DNA of 64,000 nucleotides from contig NIVC01000508.1 of assembly GCA_002269645.1 (NCBI GenBank), forward strand, positions 62,001 through 126,000. The letters are read 5' to 3'. Both the position numbers and the translations under genes were made by a program. The stretch is from Macrostomum lignano. Taxonomy: Eukaryota. The notes beneath the pieces were generated by a model. The model saw only the letters and a program-made list of their open reading frames with translations, searched no databases and was not told the origin of the DNA. Every line of letters starts with the position of its first letter. Positions within the stretch are counted from its first letter, which is position 1. Positions 23,659 to 36,715 of the stretch are shown here, in pieces.

Positions 23659-24903
23659 GGGCAGTATGAAAGTTGGCTTGTAAAAGTACTGCATTGATAG
23701 GTAAGAAGCCATTTTCAAGCCCCGGCGCACCTAATTTTTTTTTACAAGTCTTGCGCAGAAAACAACTGACTAAAACTATTATACTCACAGCAGCCACAGA
23801 AGCATAAATTGGTTTCTGAGAAAGTCTCTGGGCATCAAAGCTTCTAAATTGTTTCTAAATATAGATTTCTGCTCGCAGCACGCAATAGCTGCATGCTTTA
23901 AAACTTCTCAGCTTCTCTTGGGTTGGGGGTTGGCGAGCAATGGCCCGATGTCGGGGGGGGGGGGGGGTACAAGCTCTTTCGTTGCGCTTCTTACAGAACT
24001 GACGCAGCAGTTCTGCCCCGGCCAAACACTATTGACTGAACTTGTTGCTGAGAATGGAGAAAAACATTAAAATTGTTTATTGAAAGGTGGAAATTCGATG
24101 GTTTTAATTACCTAAAGGTAAAGTGTTTATTTAGTAGACCGAGTGAGTCAAAGTTTACCATATTTTTCCTGTAAACAAAAATTTGTATAGACCATACCGA
24201 GGCGACTGGACACAACACCAACACCATTATGAGTTTGGAAGGGAGCTGTTCCCATTGACAATAGGAGGAAGTTAATCTTGGATTCAACAGCACTGGAATA
24301 CAAGGTGCAGATCCTGGAATTTAAGACAGCATTTTCCACAGCAACATTGAAAACTGAACACCCAATTAGAAACAGTGGCGTACTTTTTTCCATTTTTTAT
24401 CCACTTTAAATCGCTAAAACAAAAAATGAAAGCAGCTAAAAAACCAACTTTGATGCAACTTATTTGTTTTAATGAGTTCAATCTCGCATATTTTGAGCAT
24501 TCTTTTCTACACAGTTAGGCACGCTTGAAATACATTCTCAATACAGTCTCCCAACTGTAGCAAATCACTTCTCCCGCGGTGGGTCACACTTTTTAGAGTG
24601 GCGGTTTGAATTTCGTCATTAACTCAAATAAAAAGTTATTTTATAAATCTACACAATTTGGAATAATGCTCTTTATTGTTCAGCAGAGTTTAACATCAAA
24701 CGCAGCATAAGGCACAAGCAGTGAGAAAAATACACAATGAATCATTCGACCAGCAACTGGAAATATCTATGAGCTATAGTAATGCTTGTAGAATTTGGGG
24801 GATAGAGTTTGGGAAAATTCGGATCCCCGGTACAAGAGTCGGCGTATATATTCTTTTTCACTTCTGACACTGACAAAACAGTTTTTTTTCAGAGGATTTG
24901 GTG

Positions 24904-27900
24904 TCAAATCGTGCATGTTAGAATGGGCAGCATTCTCATGATGCACTCCGAATCGTCCAGCTTCATAGCGCCGTAGCTCAGGTGCATGAACCTGTGCACA
25001 GTGTAGGATGTGCTCGGCACGGCTCTGTTTTTGAAATTGGCGCACTTGATTTGACGACAATGCTCCTGCTTTGACTCGGACAGCCTCGCCATTCTGGCAC
25101 TGTTGCCGCAGTTGGTTCTCAGCCATGAGCGAATGAAGTTTTCATCCATGATGGGCTGGAACATCTCCGGCTCTGCTATCATCTCGTTGCACCAGTCGTC
25201 GGGTCGCTCAGCCTTTCTCATGGCCGCATATTTGTCGTAGAAATTCTGCAGCATTCCCGGACCGGTCACGTGAATCGCCTGGTGAATGCCTCTGCGCTTC
25301 TTGGCCCAGTTGGCTTCGAACCAGGCCGGCCACGTGTTGACCACGTAGTTTAAAAAACTGTGATTAGCCCGGCTCATCATAACGGCGTTGGAGATCAAGC
25401 TGGGCCGATTAAAGATGAAAGCGGCGTGCTCAGGCGGCTCCTGGCTCCACAGGGCCGTGCGACAATTCCCGACGCTGCTAGACGCGGCGGTTGAGTTGTC
25501 ACCTCGGCTCTCGCTGTTGGGCATCAGCAGCGGAGACAGGTCTCGCCGGAGCTCAACGTCCAGATCGACGTACATGCCGCCAACGTGGTGCAGCACAACC
25601 AGGCGCCCGATGTCAGACCGCTCCAAACCGTTGGATAGTTTTGCGTAGCTCTTGCTCAACTGCGGGTAGTGCTTCTCCACTAGCCGAGAGATCTGGTAGT
25701 CGTCCCAGTGCATATAGTACCACTTTATGGAGGAATTCTTGTTCAGAAGTTGCCACGACTGTACAATGTTGATGAGTTTTTTGTGAACTCGGCCATCCTT
25801 TGTAGTCCAGTGCACTATGGGCGGCATAGAGTCAGGAAACCGGTGCTGCACTTCGCCGCACTTCATTCCTTTCACTAGCGGCTGAACCGGTCCCTTTGTT
25901 GGCTTGGTGCTCAACCCTTGCGGTACTCTAAATGCGGTGGTTGGGCCTACGCGATTCTGACGAGCCTCTGGCGTTTGATTTGAATTAAAACCGCCGTGCA
26001 ACAGCAGCAGGACTAGCGTGAAGAAGGCCGTCAGCAGGAGCAGCTTGGGAACCATTTGGGCTAAAAGTTTGTTGGTAGATTGGTTAGTTTTCTCCCAGCT
26101 TAATAGGGAGTTGTCACATACTGGATGGAGTTGTCACATACTGGATGGAGTTGTCACCTACTGGATGGAGTTGTCACATACTGGATGGAGTTGTCACATA
26201 CTGGATGGAGTTGTCACCTACTGGATGGAGTTGTCACCTACTGGATGGAGTTGTCACCTACTGGATGGAGTTGTCACCTACTGGATGGAGTTGTCACCTA
26301 CTGGATGGAGTTGTCACCTACTGGATGGAGTTGTCACCTACTGGATGGAGTTGTCACCTACTGGATGGAGTTGTCACCTACTGGATGGAGTTGTCACCTA
26401 CTGGATGGAGTTGTCACCTACTGGATGGAGTTGTCACCTACTGGATGGAGTTGTCACCTACTGGATGGAGTTGTCACCTACTGGATGGAGTTGTCACCTA
26501 CTGGATGGAGTTGTCACCTACTGGATGGAGTTGTCACCTACTGGATGGAGTTGTCACCTACTGGATGGAGTTGTCACCTACTGGATGGAGTTGTCACCTA
26601 CTGGATGGAGTTGTCACCTACTGGATGGAGTTGTCACCTACTGGATGGAGTTGTCACCTACTGGATGGAGTTGTCACATACTGGATGGAGTTGTCACCTA
26701 CTGGATGGAGTTGTCACATACTGGATGGAGTTGTCACATACTGGATGGAGTTGTCACCTACTGGATGGAGTTGTCACCCTACTGGATGGAGTTGTCACCT
26801 ACTGGATGGAGTTGCCACCCTACTGGATGGAGCTGTCACCTACTGGATGGAGTTGTCACCCTACTGCAGGATGGTGTTGTCACCTACTGGATGGAGTTGT
26901 CACCTACTGGATGGAGTTGTCACCCTACTGCAGGATGGTGTTGTCACCTACTGGATGGAGTTGTCACCTACTGGATGGAGTTGTCACCTACTGGATGGAG
27001 TTGTCACCTACTGGATGGAGTTGTCACCTACTGGATGGAGTTGTCACATACTGGATGGAGTTGTCACATACTGGATGGAGTTGTCACCTACTGGATGGAG
27101 TTGTCACCCTACTGGATGGAGTTGTCACCTACTGGATGGAGTTGCCACCCTACTGGATGGAGCTGTCACCTACTGGATGGAGTTGTCACCCTACTGCAGG
27201 ATGGTGTTGTCACCTACTGGATGGAGTTGTCACCTACTGGATGGAGTTGTCACCCTACTGCAGGATGGTGTTGTCACCTACTGGATGGAGTTGTCACCTA
27301 CTGGATGGAGTTGTCACCTACTGGATGGAGTTGTCACCTACTGGATGGAGTTGTCACCTACTGGATGGAGTTGTCACCCTACTGCAGGATGGTGTTGTCA
27401 CCTACTGTATGGTGTTGTCACCTACTGGATGGAGTGGTCATCTACTGGATGGAGTTGTCGCCCACCCTACTGCAAGAAGGTGTTGTCACCTACTGTATGG
27501 TGTTGTCACCTACTGGATGGAGTTGTCACCTACTGGATGGAGTTGTCACCTACTGGATGGAGTTGTCACCTACTGGATGGAGTAGTCACCTACTGGATGG
27601 AGTTGTCACCTACTGGATGGAGTTGTCACCTACTGGATGGAGTTGTCACCCTACTGCAGGATGGTGTTGTCACCTACTGTATGGTGTTGTCACCTACTGT
27701 ATGGTGTTGTCACCTACTGGATGGAGTTGTCACCCTACTGCAGGATGGTGTTGTCACCTACTGTATGGTGTTGTCACCTACTAGATGGAGTTGTCACCCT
27801 ACACTGAATGGTGCTATCACCCTGCTTATGGTTTCCTCAATAAATAACGGAATCATATAAATATGCTTCTTACTTGTCCACTCCAGACAGTTGGTCAAAT

Positions 27901-27988
27901 GCTGCTCTTTGTGACCATTTTTCGCTGACACCGGAAGAACGGTGCAGCAGCTACCTAACCTGAGTTTGGACACTGCCCAACTCAACAT
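24904..27988 (-). CDS. GT32 / DxD sugar-binding glycosyltransferase (Sur1/Och1/A4GALT superfamily), type II membrane; complement(join(27874..27988,24904..26060)) = 423 aa, or 383 aa from ATG 26055
   Basis: MPPIVHWT, YYMHWDD, ERSDIGRLVVLHHVGGMYVDLDVE (DxD), ISNAVMMSRANHSFL and VTGPGML; hydrophobic anchor LLLLTAFFTLVLLLL. Acceptor ctaac...ttttag/ lies 5 nt before the ATG; donor AA/gtaaga at 27873 joins in frame (phase 1). The upstream coding extension is less certain than the main exon. Confidence 0.88.
26105..27805. repeat. 20-bp minisatellite CTACTGGATGGAGTTGTCAC filling the GT32 intron
   Basis: Direct reading; long ORFs 26018-27860 are artefacts. Confidence 0.97.
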
Positions 27989-28499
27989 GCCGCGAGTTTG
28001 CGGTTAGTTGCAAATCGACTGCTCTAAATATTTACACTACGGATATAGATTTGCTTTTGCAGTGCGGAAACACTTGGCTCAATGCATAGAATGAACAACT
28101 CGTACAATGTGATGCTATTTTATAGTGGCCAGTTTTGCGCATCCATCCAAGTGCTTTACCTCTCACTCCCTGAGCTATTCTGAATGGCAGAGAGAGAGAG
28201 AGAGAGAGGGGAGGGTCTAACAGAGGTCAGACCTGACTATGAGTGGCTCCTATAGCAAAACACTTATTGTCTACTGCGGGAGCAGGATAGAATGAGTCAG
28301 TTTGTTAAACACATGAAAATACCCGGCCACACTACCCACACGAGCAGAGTGCAATGTACAGACACGCTAGCTTGTAAAGGCGAGTAGTGTACAACAGTGA
28401 GGTGGGCCGGTTCGAGTTTTGCACGAGCTCTGCGAATGCTGTTTTTTTAAAGGGAAAATAGCTACCAATATACTCAAAGTAAGAGTGCGTGAGGTGGAC

Positions 28500-30695
28500 T
28501 CTTGGTGGAAGAGTCTTGGCGGGAGAGTCTTGGCGGAGAGTCTTGGCGGGAGAGTCTTGGCGGGAGAGTCTTGGCGGGAGAGTCTTGGCGGGAGAGTCTT
28601 GGCGGGAGAGTCTTGGCGGGAGAGTCTTGGCGGGAGAGTCTTGGCGGGAGAATCTTGGCGGGAGAATCTTGGCGGGAGAATATGGACGGGAGAATCTTGG
28701 TGGGAGAGTCTTGGCGGGAGAATCTGGACGGGAGAATCTGGACGGGAGAATCTGGACGGGAGAGTCTTGGCGGGAGAATCTGGACGGGAGAATCTGGAGG
28801 GGAGAATCTGGACGGGAGAATCTGGACGGGAGAATCTGGACGGGAGAATCTGGACGGGAGAATCTGGACGGGAGAATCTGGACGGGAGAATCTGGACGGG
28901 AGAATCTGGACGGGAGAATCTGGACGGGAGAATCTGGACGGGAGAATCTGGACGGGAGAATCTGGACGGGAGAATCTGGACGGGAGAATCTGGACGGGAG
29001 AATCTGGACGGGAGAATCTGGACGGGAGAATCTGGACGGGAGAATCTGGACGGGAGAATCTGGACGGGAGAATCTGGACGGGAGAATCTGGACGGGAGAA
29101 TCTTGTAGGGAGAATCTGGACGGGAGAATCTGGACGGGAGAATCTGGACGGGAGAATCTTGGCGGGAGAATCTGGACGGGAGAATCTTGGCGGGAGAATC
29201 TGGGTGGGAGAATCTGGACGGGAGAATCTGGACGGGAGAATCTGGACGGGAGAATCTTGTCGGGAGAATCTGGACGGGAGAAACTGGGCGGAGAATCTGA
29301 GCGGAGAATCTGGGCGGGAGAATCTGGACGGAGAATGGGATAACTGGACGGAGAATCTTGGTGGGAGAATCTGGGCGGAGAATCTGGACGGGAGAATCTG
29401 TAGGGAGAATCTCGACGGGAGAATCTTGTAGGGAGAATCTGGACGGGAGAATCTGGACGGGAGAATCTGGACGGGAGAGTCTTGGCGGGAGAATCTGGAC
29501 GGGAGAATCTGGACGGGAGAATCTGGACGGGAGAATCTGGACGGGAGAATCTGGACGGGAGAATCTGGACGGGAGAATCTGGACGGGAGAATCTTGTAGG
29601 GAGAATCTCGACGGGAGAATCTTGTAGGGAGAATCTGGACGGGAGAATCTGGACGGGAGAATCTGGACGGGAGAATCTTGGCGGGAGAATCTGGACGGGA
29701 GAATCTGGACGGGAGAATCTGGACGGGAGAATCTGGACGGGAGAATCTGGACGGGAGAATCTGGACGGGAGAATCTTGTAGGGAGAATCTGGACGGGAGA
29801 ATCTGGACGGGAGAGTCTTGGCGGGAGAATCTGGGCGGGAGAATCTGGACGGGAGAATCTTGGCGGGAGAATCTGGACGGGAGAATCTGGACGGGAGAAT
29901 CTTGGCGGGAGAATCTGGGTGGGAGAATCTGGACGGGAGAATCTTGGCGGGAGAATCTGGGTGGGAGAATCTGGACGGGAGAATCTGGACGGGAGAATCT
30001 GGACGGGAGAATCTTGTCGGGAGAATCTGGACGGGAGAATCTTGTCGGGAGAATCTGGACGGGAGAATCTTGGCGGGAGAATCTTGTCGGGACGGGAAAT
30101 CTGGACGGGAGAATCTGGGCGGGAGAATCTGGACGGGAGAATCTTGTAGGGAGAATCTGGACGGGAGAATCTTGTAGGGAGAATCTGGACGGGAGAATCT
30201 GGACGGGAGAATCTTGTAGGGAGAATCTTGTAGGGAGAATCTGGACGGAAGAATCTTGTAGGGAGAATCTTGTAGGGAGAATCTGGACGGGAGAATCTGG
30301 ACGGGAGAATCTGGACAGGAGAATCTGGACGGGAGAATCTGGGCGGGAGAATCTGGACGGGAGAATCTTGGAGGGAGAATCTTGGCGGGAGAATCTGGAC
30401 GGAAGAATCTTGGCGGGAGAATCTGGGCGGAGAATCTGGCGGGAGAATCTGGGCGGGAGAGTCTTGGCGGGAGAATCTGGCGGGAGAATCTTGGAGGGAG
30501 AATCTTGGCGGGAGAATCTGGACGGAAGAATCTTGGCGGGAGAATCTTGGAGGAGAATCTTGGCGGGAGAATCTGGCGGGAGAATCTGGGCGGGAGAATC
30601 TGGGCGGGAGAATCTGGGCGGGAGAATCTGGGCGGGAGAATCTGGGCGGGAGAATCTGGGCGGGAGAATCTGGGCGGGAGAATCTGGACGGGAGT
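28500..30695. repeat. Second array of the 14-bp TGGACGGGAGAATC minisatellite
   Basis: Same unit and orientation as 16372-17756; source of the spurious 819-aa and 785-aa ORFs. Confidence 0.97.
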
Positions 30696-31171
30696 GTTGA
30701 TGCAGGAGAATTGAAAAATATCATTTCTGATGGCTAGAGAGTCGAAGGCAAACCAAGAAATTGAAATATTCTTCACTCGGTATATTCTCATGGTTCTAAT
30801 TTTGGAAACAGTTTGTGCGTCAGAAAAATATTTTTACAACGTGCTCCGAAACTGCTGCATCGCGTGAGCAATCCTCCGCGTCTCTTAACTCGACGTGCTG
30901 TCGGCCAACTATTGTTCTCCAACATTATTTGAGCAAGGCAAACTCACGCACGCCCTTGGTTGGTGGCCTTTTTTAACAAAAAAGTTTTCGTTTTATTACT
31001 CACACCAGATTAATCCAGCCTGCTGTTAGAGAGAGTGCGCGGTTCATTTGCTCGTTAATAGAGCCGACACTGTCTCAAATCGGTTGAATCCAATTCAAGA
31101 CATGCACATTAGATCTGCTGGATTAAGCCAGAAAATTCAGCTCATATTTTTCAAGCTGTATTTTTTAATTA

Positions 31172-33940
31172 TAAAACCATAGACACAATCTACCATTATC
31201 TGCCCTCCCAAAATATAGACACAATCTACCATTGTCTGCCTTCCCCAAAACCATAGACACAATCTACCATTGTCTGACTCCAAAACGATAGACACAATCT
31301 ATCATTGTCTGCCCCCCAAAACTATAGACACAATCTATCATTGTCTGCCCCCCAAAACCATAGACACAATCTACCATTGTCTGACTCCAAAACTATAGAC
31401 ACAATCTATCATTGTCTGCCCCCCAAAACTATAGACACAATCTATCATTGTCTGCCCCCCAAAACTATAGACACAATCTATCATTGTCTGCCCCCCCCCA
31501 AAACCATAGACACAATCTACCAGTCTGCCCCCCCCCAAAACCATAGACACAACCTACCATTTTCTGCCCCCCCCCAAAACCATAGACACAATCTGCCATT
31601 GTCTGCCCCCCCCAAACCATAGACACAATCTGCCATTGTCTGCCCCCCCCCCAAAACCATAGACACAATCTGCCATTGTCTGCCCCCCCCCAAAACCATA
31701 GACACAATCTACCATTGTCTGCCCCCACAAAACCATAAACACAATCTATCATTGTCTGCCCATCTATCATTGTCTGCCCCCGCAAAACCATAAACACAAT
31801 CTATCATTGTCTGCCCATCTATCATTGTCTGCCCCCGCAAAACCATAAACACAATCTATCATTGTCTGCCCATCTATCATTGTCTGCCCCCCCCCAAAAC
31901 CATAGACACAATCTACCAATGTCTGACTCCACAACCATAGACACAATCTACCACTGTCTGACTCCACAACCATAGACACAATCTACCATTGCCTAGCCTC
32001 AAAGCCATAGACACAATCTACCATTGCCTAGCCTCAAAGCCATAGACAATCTACCATTGCCTAGCCTCAAAGCCATAGACAATCTACCATTGCCTAGCCT
32101 CAAAGCCATAGACAATCTACCATTGCCTAGCCTCAAAGCCATAGACACAATCTACCATTGCCTAGCCTCAAAGCCATAGACAATCTACCATTGCCTAGCC
32201 TCAAAGCCATAGACACAATCTACCATTGCCTAGCCTCAAAGCCATAGACACAATCTACCATTGCCTAGCCTCAAAGCCATAGACACAATCTACCATTGCC
32301 TAGCCTCAAAGCCATAGACAATCTACCATTGCCTAGCTTCAAAGCCATAGACACAATCTACCATTGCCTAGCCTCAAAGCCATAGACACAATCTACCATT
32401 GCCTAGCCTCAAAGCCATAGACACAATCTACCATTGCCTAGCTTCAAAGCCATAGACACAATCTACCATTGCCTAGCCTCAAAGCCATAGACACAATCTA
32501 CCATTGCCTAGCTTCAAAGCCATAGACACAATCTACCATTGCCTAGCCTCAAAGCCATAGACACAATCTACCATTGCCTAGCCTCAAAGCCATAGACACA
32601 ATCTACCATTGCCTAGCTTCAAAGCCATAGACACAATCTACCATTGCCTAGCCTCAAAGCCATAGACACAATCTACCATTGCCTAGCTTCAAAGCCATAG
32701 ACACAATCTACCATTGCCTAGCCTCAAAGCCATAGACACAATCTACCATTGCCTAGCCTCAAAGCCATAGACACAATCTACCATTGCCTAGCCTCAAAGC
32801 CATAGACACAATCTACCATTGCCTAGCCTCAAAGCCATAGACAATCTACCATTGCCTAGCCTCAAAGCCATAGACACAATCTACCATTGCCTAGCCTCAA
32901 AGCCATAGACACAATCTACCATTGCCTAGCCTCAAAGCCATAGACACAATCTACCATTGCCTAGCCTCAAAGCCATAGACACAATCTACCATTGCCTAGC
33001 CTCAAAGCCATAGACAATCTACCATTGCCTAGCTTCAAAGCCATAGACACAATCTACCATTGCCTAGCCTCAAAGCCATAGACACAATCTACCATTGCCT
33101 AGCCTCAAAGCCATAGACACAATCTACCATTGCCTAGCTTCAAAGCCATAGACACAATCTACCATTGCCTAGCCTCAAAGCCATAGACACAATCTACCAT
33201 TGCCTAGCCTCAAAGCCATAGACACAATCTACCATTGCCTAGCCTCAAAGCCATAGACACAATCTACCATTGCCTAGCCTCAAAGCCATAGACACAATCT
33301 ACCATTGCCTAGCTTCAAAGCCATAGACACAATCTACCATTGCCTAGCCTCAAAGCCATAGACACAATCTACCATTGCCTAGCCTCAAAGCCATAGACAC
33401 AATCTACCATTGCCTAGCTTCAAAGCCATAGACACAATCTACCATTGCCTAGCCTCAAAGCCATAGACACAATCTACCATTGCCTAGCTTCAAAGCCATA
33501 GACACAATCTACCATTGCCTAGCCTCAAAGCCATAGACACAATCTACCATTGCCTAGCCTCAAAGCCATAGACACAATCTACCATTGCCTAGCTTCAAAG
33601 CCATAGACACAATCTACCATTGCCTAGCTTCAAAGCCATAGACACAATCTACCATTGCCTAGCTTCAAAGCCATAGACACAATCTACCATTGCCTAGCTT
33701 CAAAGCCATAGACACAATCTACCATTGCCTAGCCTCAAAGCCATAGACACAATCTACCATTGCCTAGCCTCAAAGCCATAGACACAATCTACCATTGCCT
33801 AGCCTCAAAGCCATAGACACAATCTACCATTGCCTAGCTTCAAAGCCATAGACACAATCTACCATTGCCTAGCCTCAAAGCCATAGACACAATCTACCAT
33901 TGCCTAGCCTCAAAGCCATAGACACAATCTACCACTATCT
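31172..33940. repeat. Compound minisatellite: diverged ~37-bp CCATAGACACAATCTACCATTGTCTGCCCCCCAAAA changing to a homogeneous 35-bp CCATAGACACAATCTACCATTGCCTAGCCTCAAAG
   Basis: Direct reading; the unit switch occurs near 31980. Confidence 0.97.
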
Positions 33941-34394
33941 GACCTGAAAGTTAATCGAAACGCCTGAAAAGTCGAAGCTCGATGAGAAACGGAATTTTCA
34001 CTGAACTTGCCTTGTCAAAGTGGGCCACGCCTAGATCAATGTCCCCTACTAATCGCTCAAATCTTTGAACTATTGATATCAAACAGATGACGTCTTTGTG
34101 AAACCTAATCCACCATCTCATGTTTGAGTTGGCTCAAAGAATATTGCTGACATCTGACTTGACAAAGCAACTCGTAATTGACGTTTACCTTGCGAAACCC
34201 TCTACAAAAGAGGGTATAAAATCGGGAGCAAAAACTACGAAAGCTGACAACAGTCCCGAGTTCGAGTTGGAAATCTGCAATTGCGGTGGCCAGATCAGCG
34301 TAAGTCTTTGTTATTTTAAATTATTTTTTGCTATAATTGTGTTCATGTTTATAAAAATGGTTAGAAAAACAGAACCCGAAGTTAGAAAAACGGC

Positions 34395-35558
34395 GGCCCC
34401 AGTTTAAAAATGGCAGCCCCGGTTTAAAAATGGCAGCCTCGGTTTAAAAATGGCAGCTCCAGTTAAAAATGGCAGGCTCAGTGTAAAAATGGCAGCCTCA
34501 AGGTAAAAATGGCAGCTCCAGTTAAAAATGGCAGCCTCGGTGTAAAAATGGCAGCTCCAGTTAAAAATGGCAGCCTCGGTGTAAAAATGGCAGCCTCGGT
34601 GTAAAAATGGCAGCCTCGGTGTAAAAATGGCAGCCTCAGTTAAAATGGCAGCCCGGTTTAAAAATGGCAGCCCAGGTTTAAAAATGGCAGCCCCAGTTTA
34701 AAAATGGCAGCCCCAGTTAAAAAATGGCACTCGCAATTTAAAAATGGCAGTCCCAGTTTTAAAATGCGCCTGTTGTTTAAAAAATGGCACTCGCAATTTT
34801 AAATTAGCATTTCACATTTTAAAAATGGCAGCCCTGGTTTAAAAATGGCAGCCCCGGTTTAAAAATGGCAGCCCCGGTTTAAAAATGGCAGCCCCGGTTT
34901 AAAAATGGCAGCCCCGGTTTAAAAATGGCAGCCCCGGTTTAAAAATGGCGACCCCGGTTTAAAAATGGCAGCCTCGGTGTAAAAATGGAAGCCTCGGTGT
35001 AAAAGTGGCAGCCCCAGTTTAAAAATGGCAGCCCCAGTTTAAAAATGGCAGCCCCAGTTTTAAAAATGGCAGCCCCGGTTTAAAAATGGCAGCCCCAGTT
35101 TAAAAATGGCAGCCCCGGTTTAAAAATGGCACTCGCAATTTAAAAATGGCAGCCCCAGTTTAAAAAGGGCAGCCCCGGTTAAAAAATGGCAGCCCCAGTT
35201 TAAAAATAGCAGCCCAGTTTGAAAATGGCAGTCCCAGTTAGAAAAACGGCGGCCCCAGTCTAAAAATGGCGGCCTCGGTTTAAAAATGGCAGCCCCAGTT
35301 TAAAAATGGCAGCCCAGTTTAAAAATGGAAGCCCAGTTTAAAAATGGCAGCCCGAGTTTAAAAATGGCAGCCCAGTTTAAAAATGGCAGCCCGAGTTTAA
35401 AAATGGCAGCTCCAGTTAAAAATGGCAGCCTCGGTGTAAAAATGGCAGCCCCAGTTTAAAAATGGCAGCCCCGGTTTAAAAATGGCAGCCCCAGTTTAAA
35501 AATGGCAGCCCGGTTTAAAAATGGCAGCCCAGGTTTAGAAAATGGCAGCCCCAATTTA
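34395..35558. repeat. ~20-bp minisatellite AAAAATGGCAGCCCCGGTTT
   Basis: Direct reading; ends ~45 bp before the GPCR ATG. Confidence 0.95.
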
Positions 35559-35602
35559 AATCAGCAACAGCCTCACCATTCCAGGAAACTGGGCAGTGCA
35601 GG

Positions 35603-36685
35603 ATGGATCTGAAGACGCAGTTCACCATCGCCCAGACAGTTGGCCAAGGCCTGGGCATTGTGCTCAATCTCATATTCGTGAGATTCACCGTTAAAGAGAA
35701 GATTGGCACCAGCTCAACAACAATTTTACTGCGCAGCCAATCAATGATTGACACCTGGGTAATGATATTTAATTTGCTATTCCTGCAGTACTTCGGCAAG
35801 ATGCCGGAGCCGAGTCAGGACAGCTCGGACGCGATGTGGTATTTCTATTGCTACGTGCCATTCAGCCAGATTCTGTACTGGAGCTTCGTGTGTATGAGTG
35901 TCTACAACCTGGTGATGGTGTCGGCTGAGCGCTGCCTCTGCCTATGCGCTCCGTTCTGGTACCGCGAGCACAAGACGGGCATTCTGCGCACCTGTCTAGC
36001 GGTTATCATCGCGTCCGCCTTCTTTGTCGAGTTTCCCTACTGCATCATTATTAACAAGTACGTGAAGGAGGCTGCAGTGCTAGATGTGAATTCTACAGCC
36101 GACAATGCCTCGACGAATGCTATTGTCAAGCGCTGCGTCTTCGGCGACGCACCTGTGAGTATGAAAAGCGCCTTCGGCATTGCCTACGTGATTCTATTCT
36201 GGATGCTGCCGTTCTTCATCATGCTGCTGCTCTACAGCCTCATCTTGTTGAGAATTCGAGCTTCGTTAAGCCTCAACGCAAAGTCTAGCAGCGCCGAGGG
36301 GAATAAAATCGGTTCAGCTGCCCTGCGCCTGACCTTCATCACTGCCATAACCTCGTGCGCGTTCGTTTTACTGTTTGCCATGGACAGCATCAACTATTTG
36401 AAATTCAATCTGGGCATCGATGAGAGTCGCATTGAACTGCTGGAGCATCTGGACTCGTTTATGGTCAGCATGAATAGCGCCGTCAATCCGTTTATCTACC
36501 TCATCTTCATGCCGCAGTTTCGCAGATTCGTGTTCGGCAGCTGCAGCGACAGCAGCGGGCCGGCCGCGGCAACGACCAGCCAGACTGAGTCCGTGTCCGC
36601 CGCCGCTGTCCCCAGGACTGGGCGGCTGGCCGAGATGAAGCGGCCTGCAGCTGCGGATCAGGGCGTTGCTGATGATGGAAACTAG
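35603..36685 (+). CDS. Class A (rhodopsin-like) GPCR, orphan/peptide-receptor type, 360 aa
   Basis: Seven hydrophobic segments; GIVLN (TM1), SMID (TM2), SAERC (DRY position), LPF..LLY (TM5), NSAVNPFIY (TM7). May have an upstream exon (see findings). Confidence 0.93.
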   Translation: MDLKTQFTIAQTVGQGLGIVLNLIFVRFTVKEKIGTSSTTILLRSQSMIDTWVMIFNLLFLQYFGKMPEPSQDSSDAMWYFYCYVPFSQILYWSFVCMSVYNLVMVSAERCLCLCAPFWYREHKTGILRTCLAVIIASAFFVEFPYCIIINKYVKEAAVLDVNSTADNASTNAIVKRCVFGDAPVSMKSAFGIAYVILFWMLPFFIMLLLYSLILLRIRASLSLNAKSSSAEGNKIGSAALRLTFITAITSCAFVLLFAMDSINYLKFNLGIDESRIELLEHLDSFMVSMNSAVNPFIYLIFMPQFRRFVFGSCSDSSGPAAATTSQTESVSAAAVPRTGRLAEMKRPAAADQGVADDGN

Positions 36686-36715
36686 TGGACAAGATCGGAC
36701 TGTCAGCTGATGCTG

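Noticed and set aside
26018-27860. 486-588-aa ORFs (WMELSPTGWSCHLLDGVVTY)
   Set aside because: All three plus frames give the same cyclic peptide from a 20-bp satellite that lies in the GT32 intron.
28332-30791. 819-aa and 785-aa ORFs (ILPSRFSRPDSPVQ repeats)
   Set aside because: Open in several frames on both strands because the 14-bp unit lacks stops; this is a satellite artefact.
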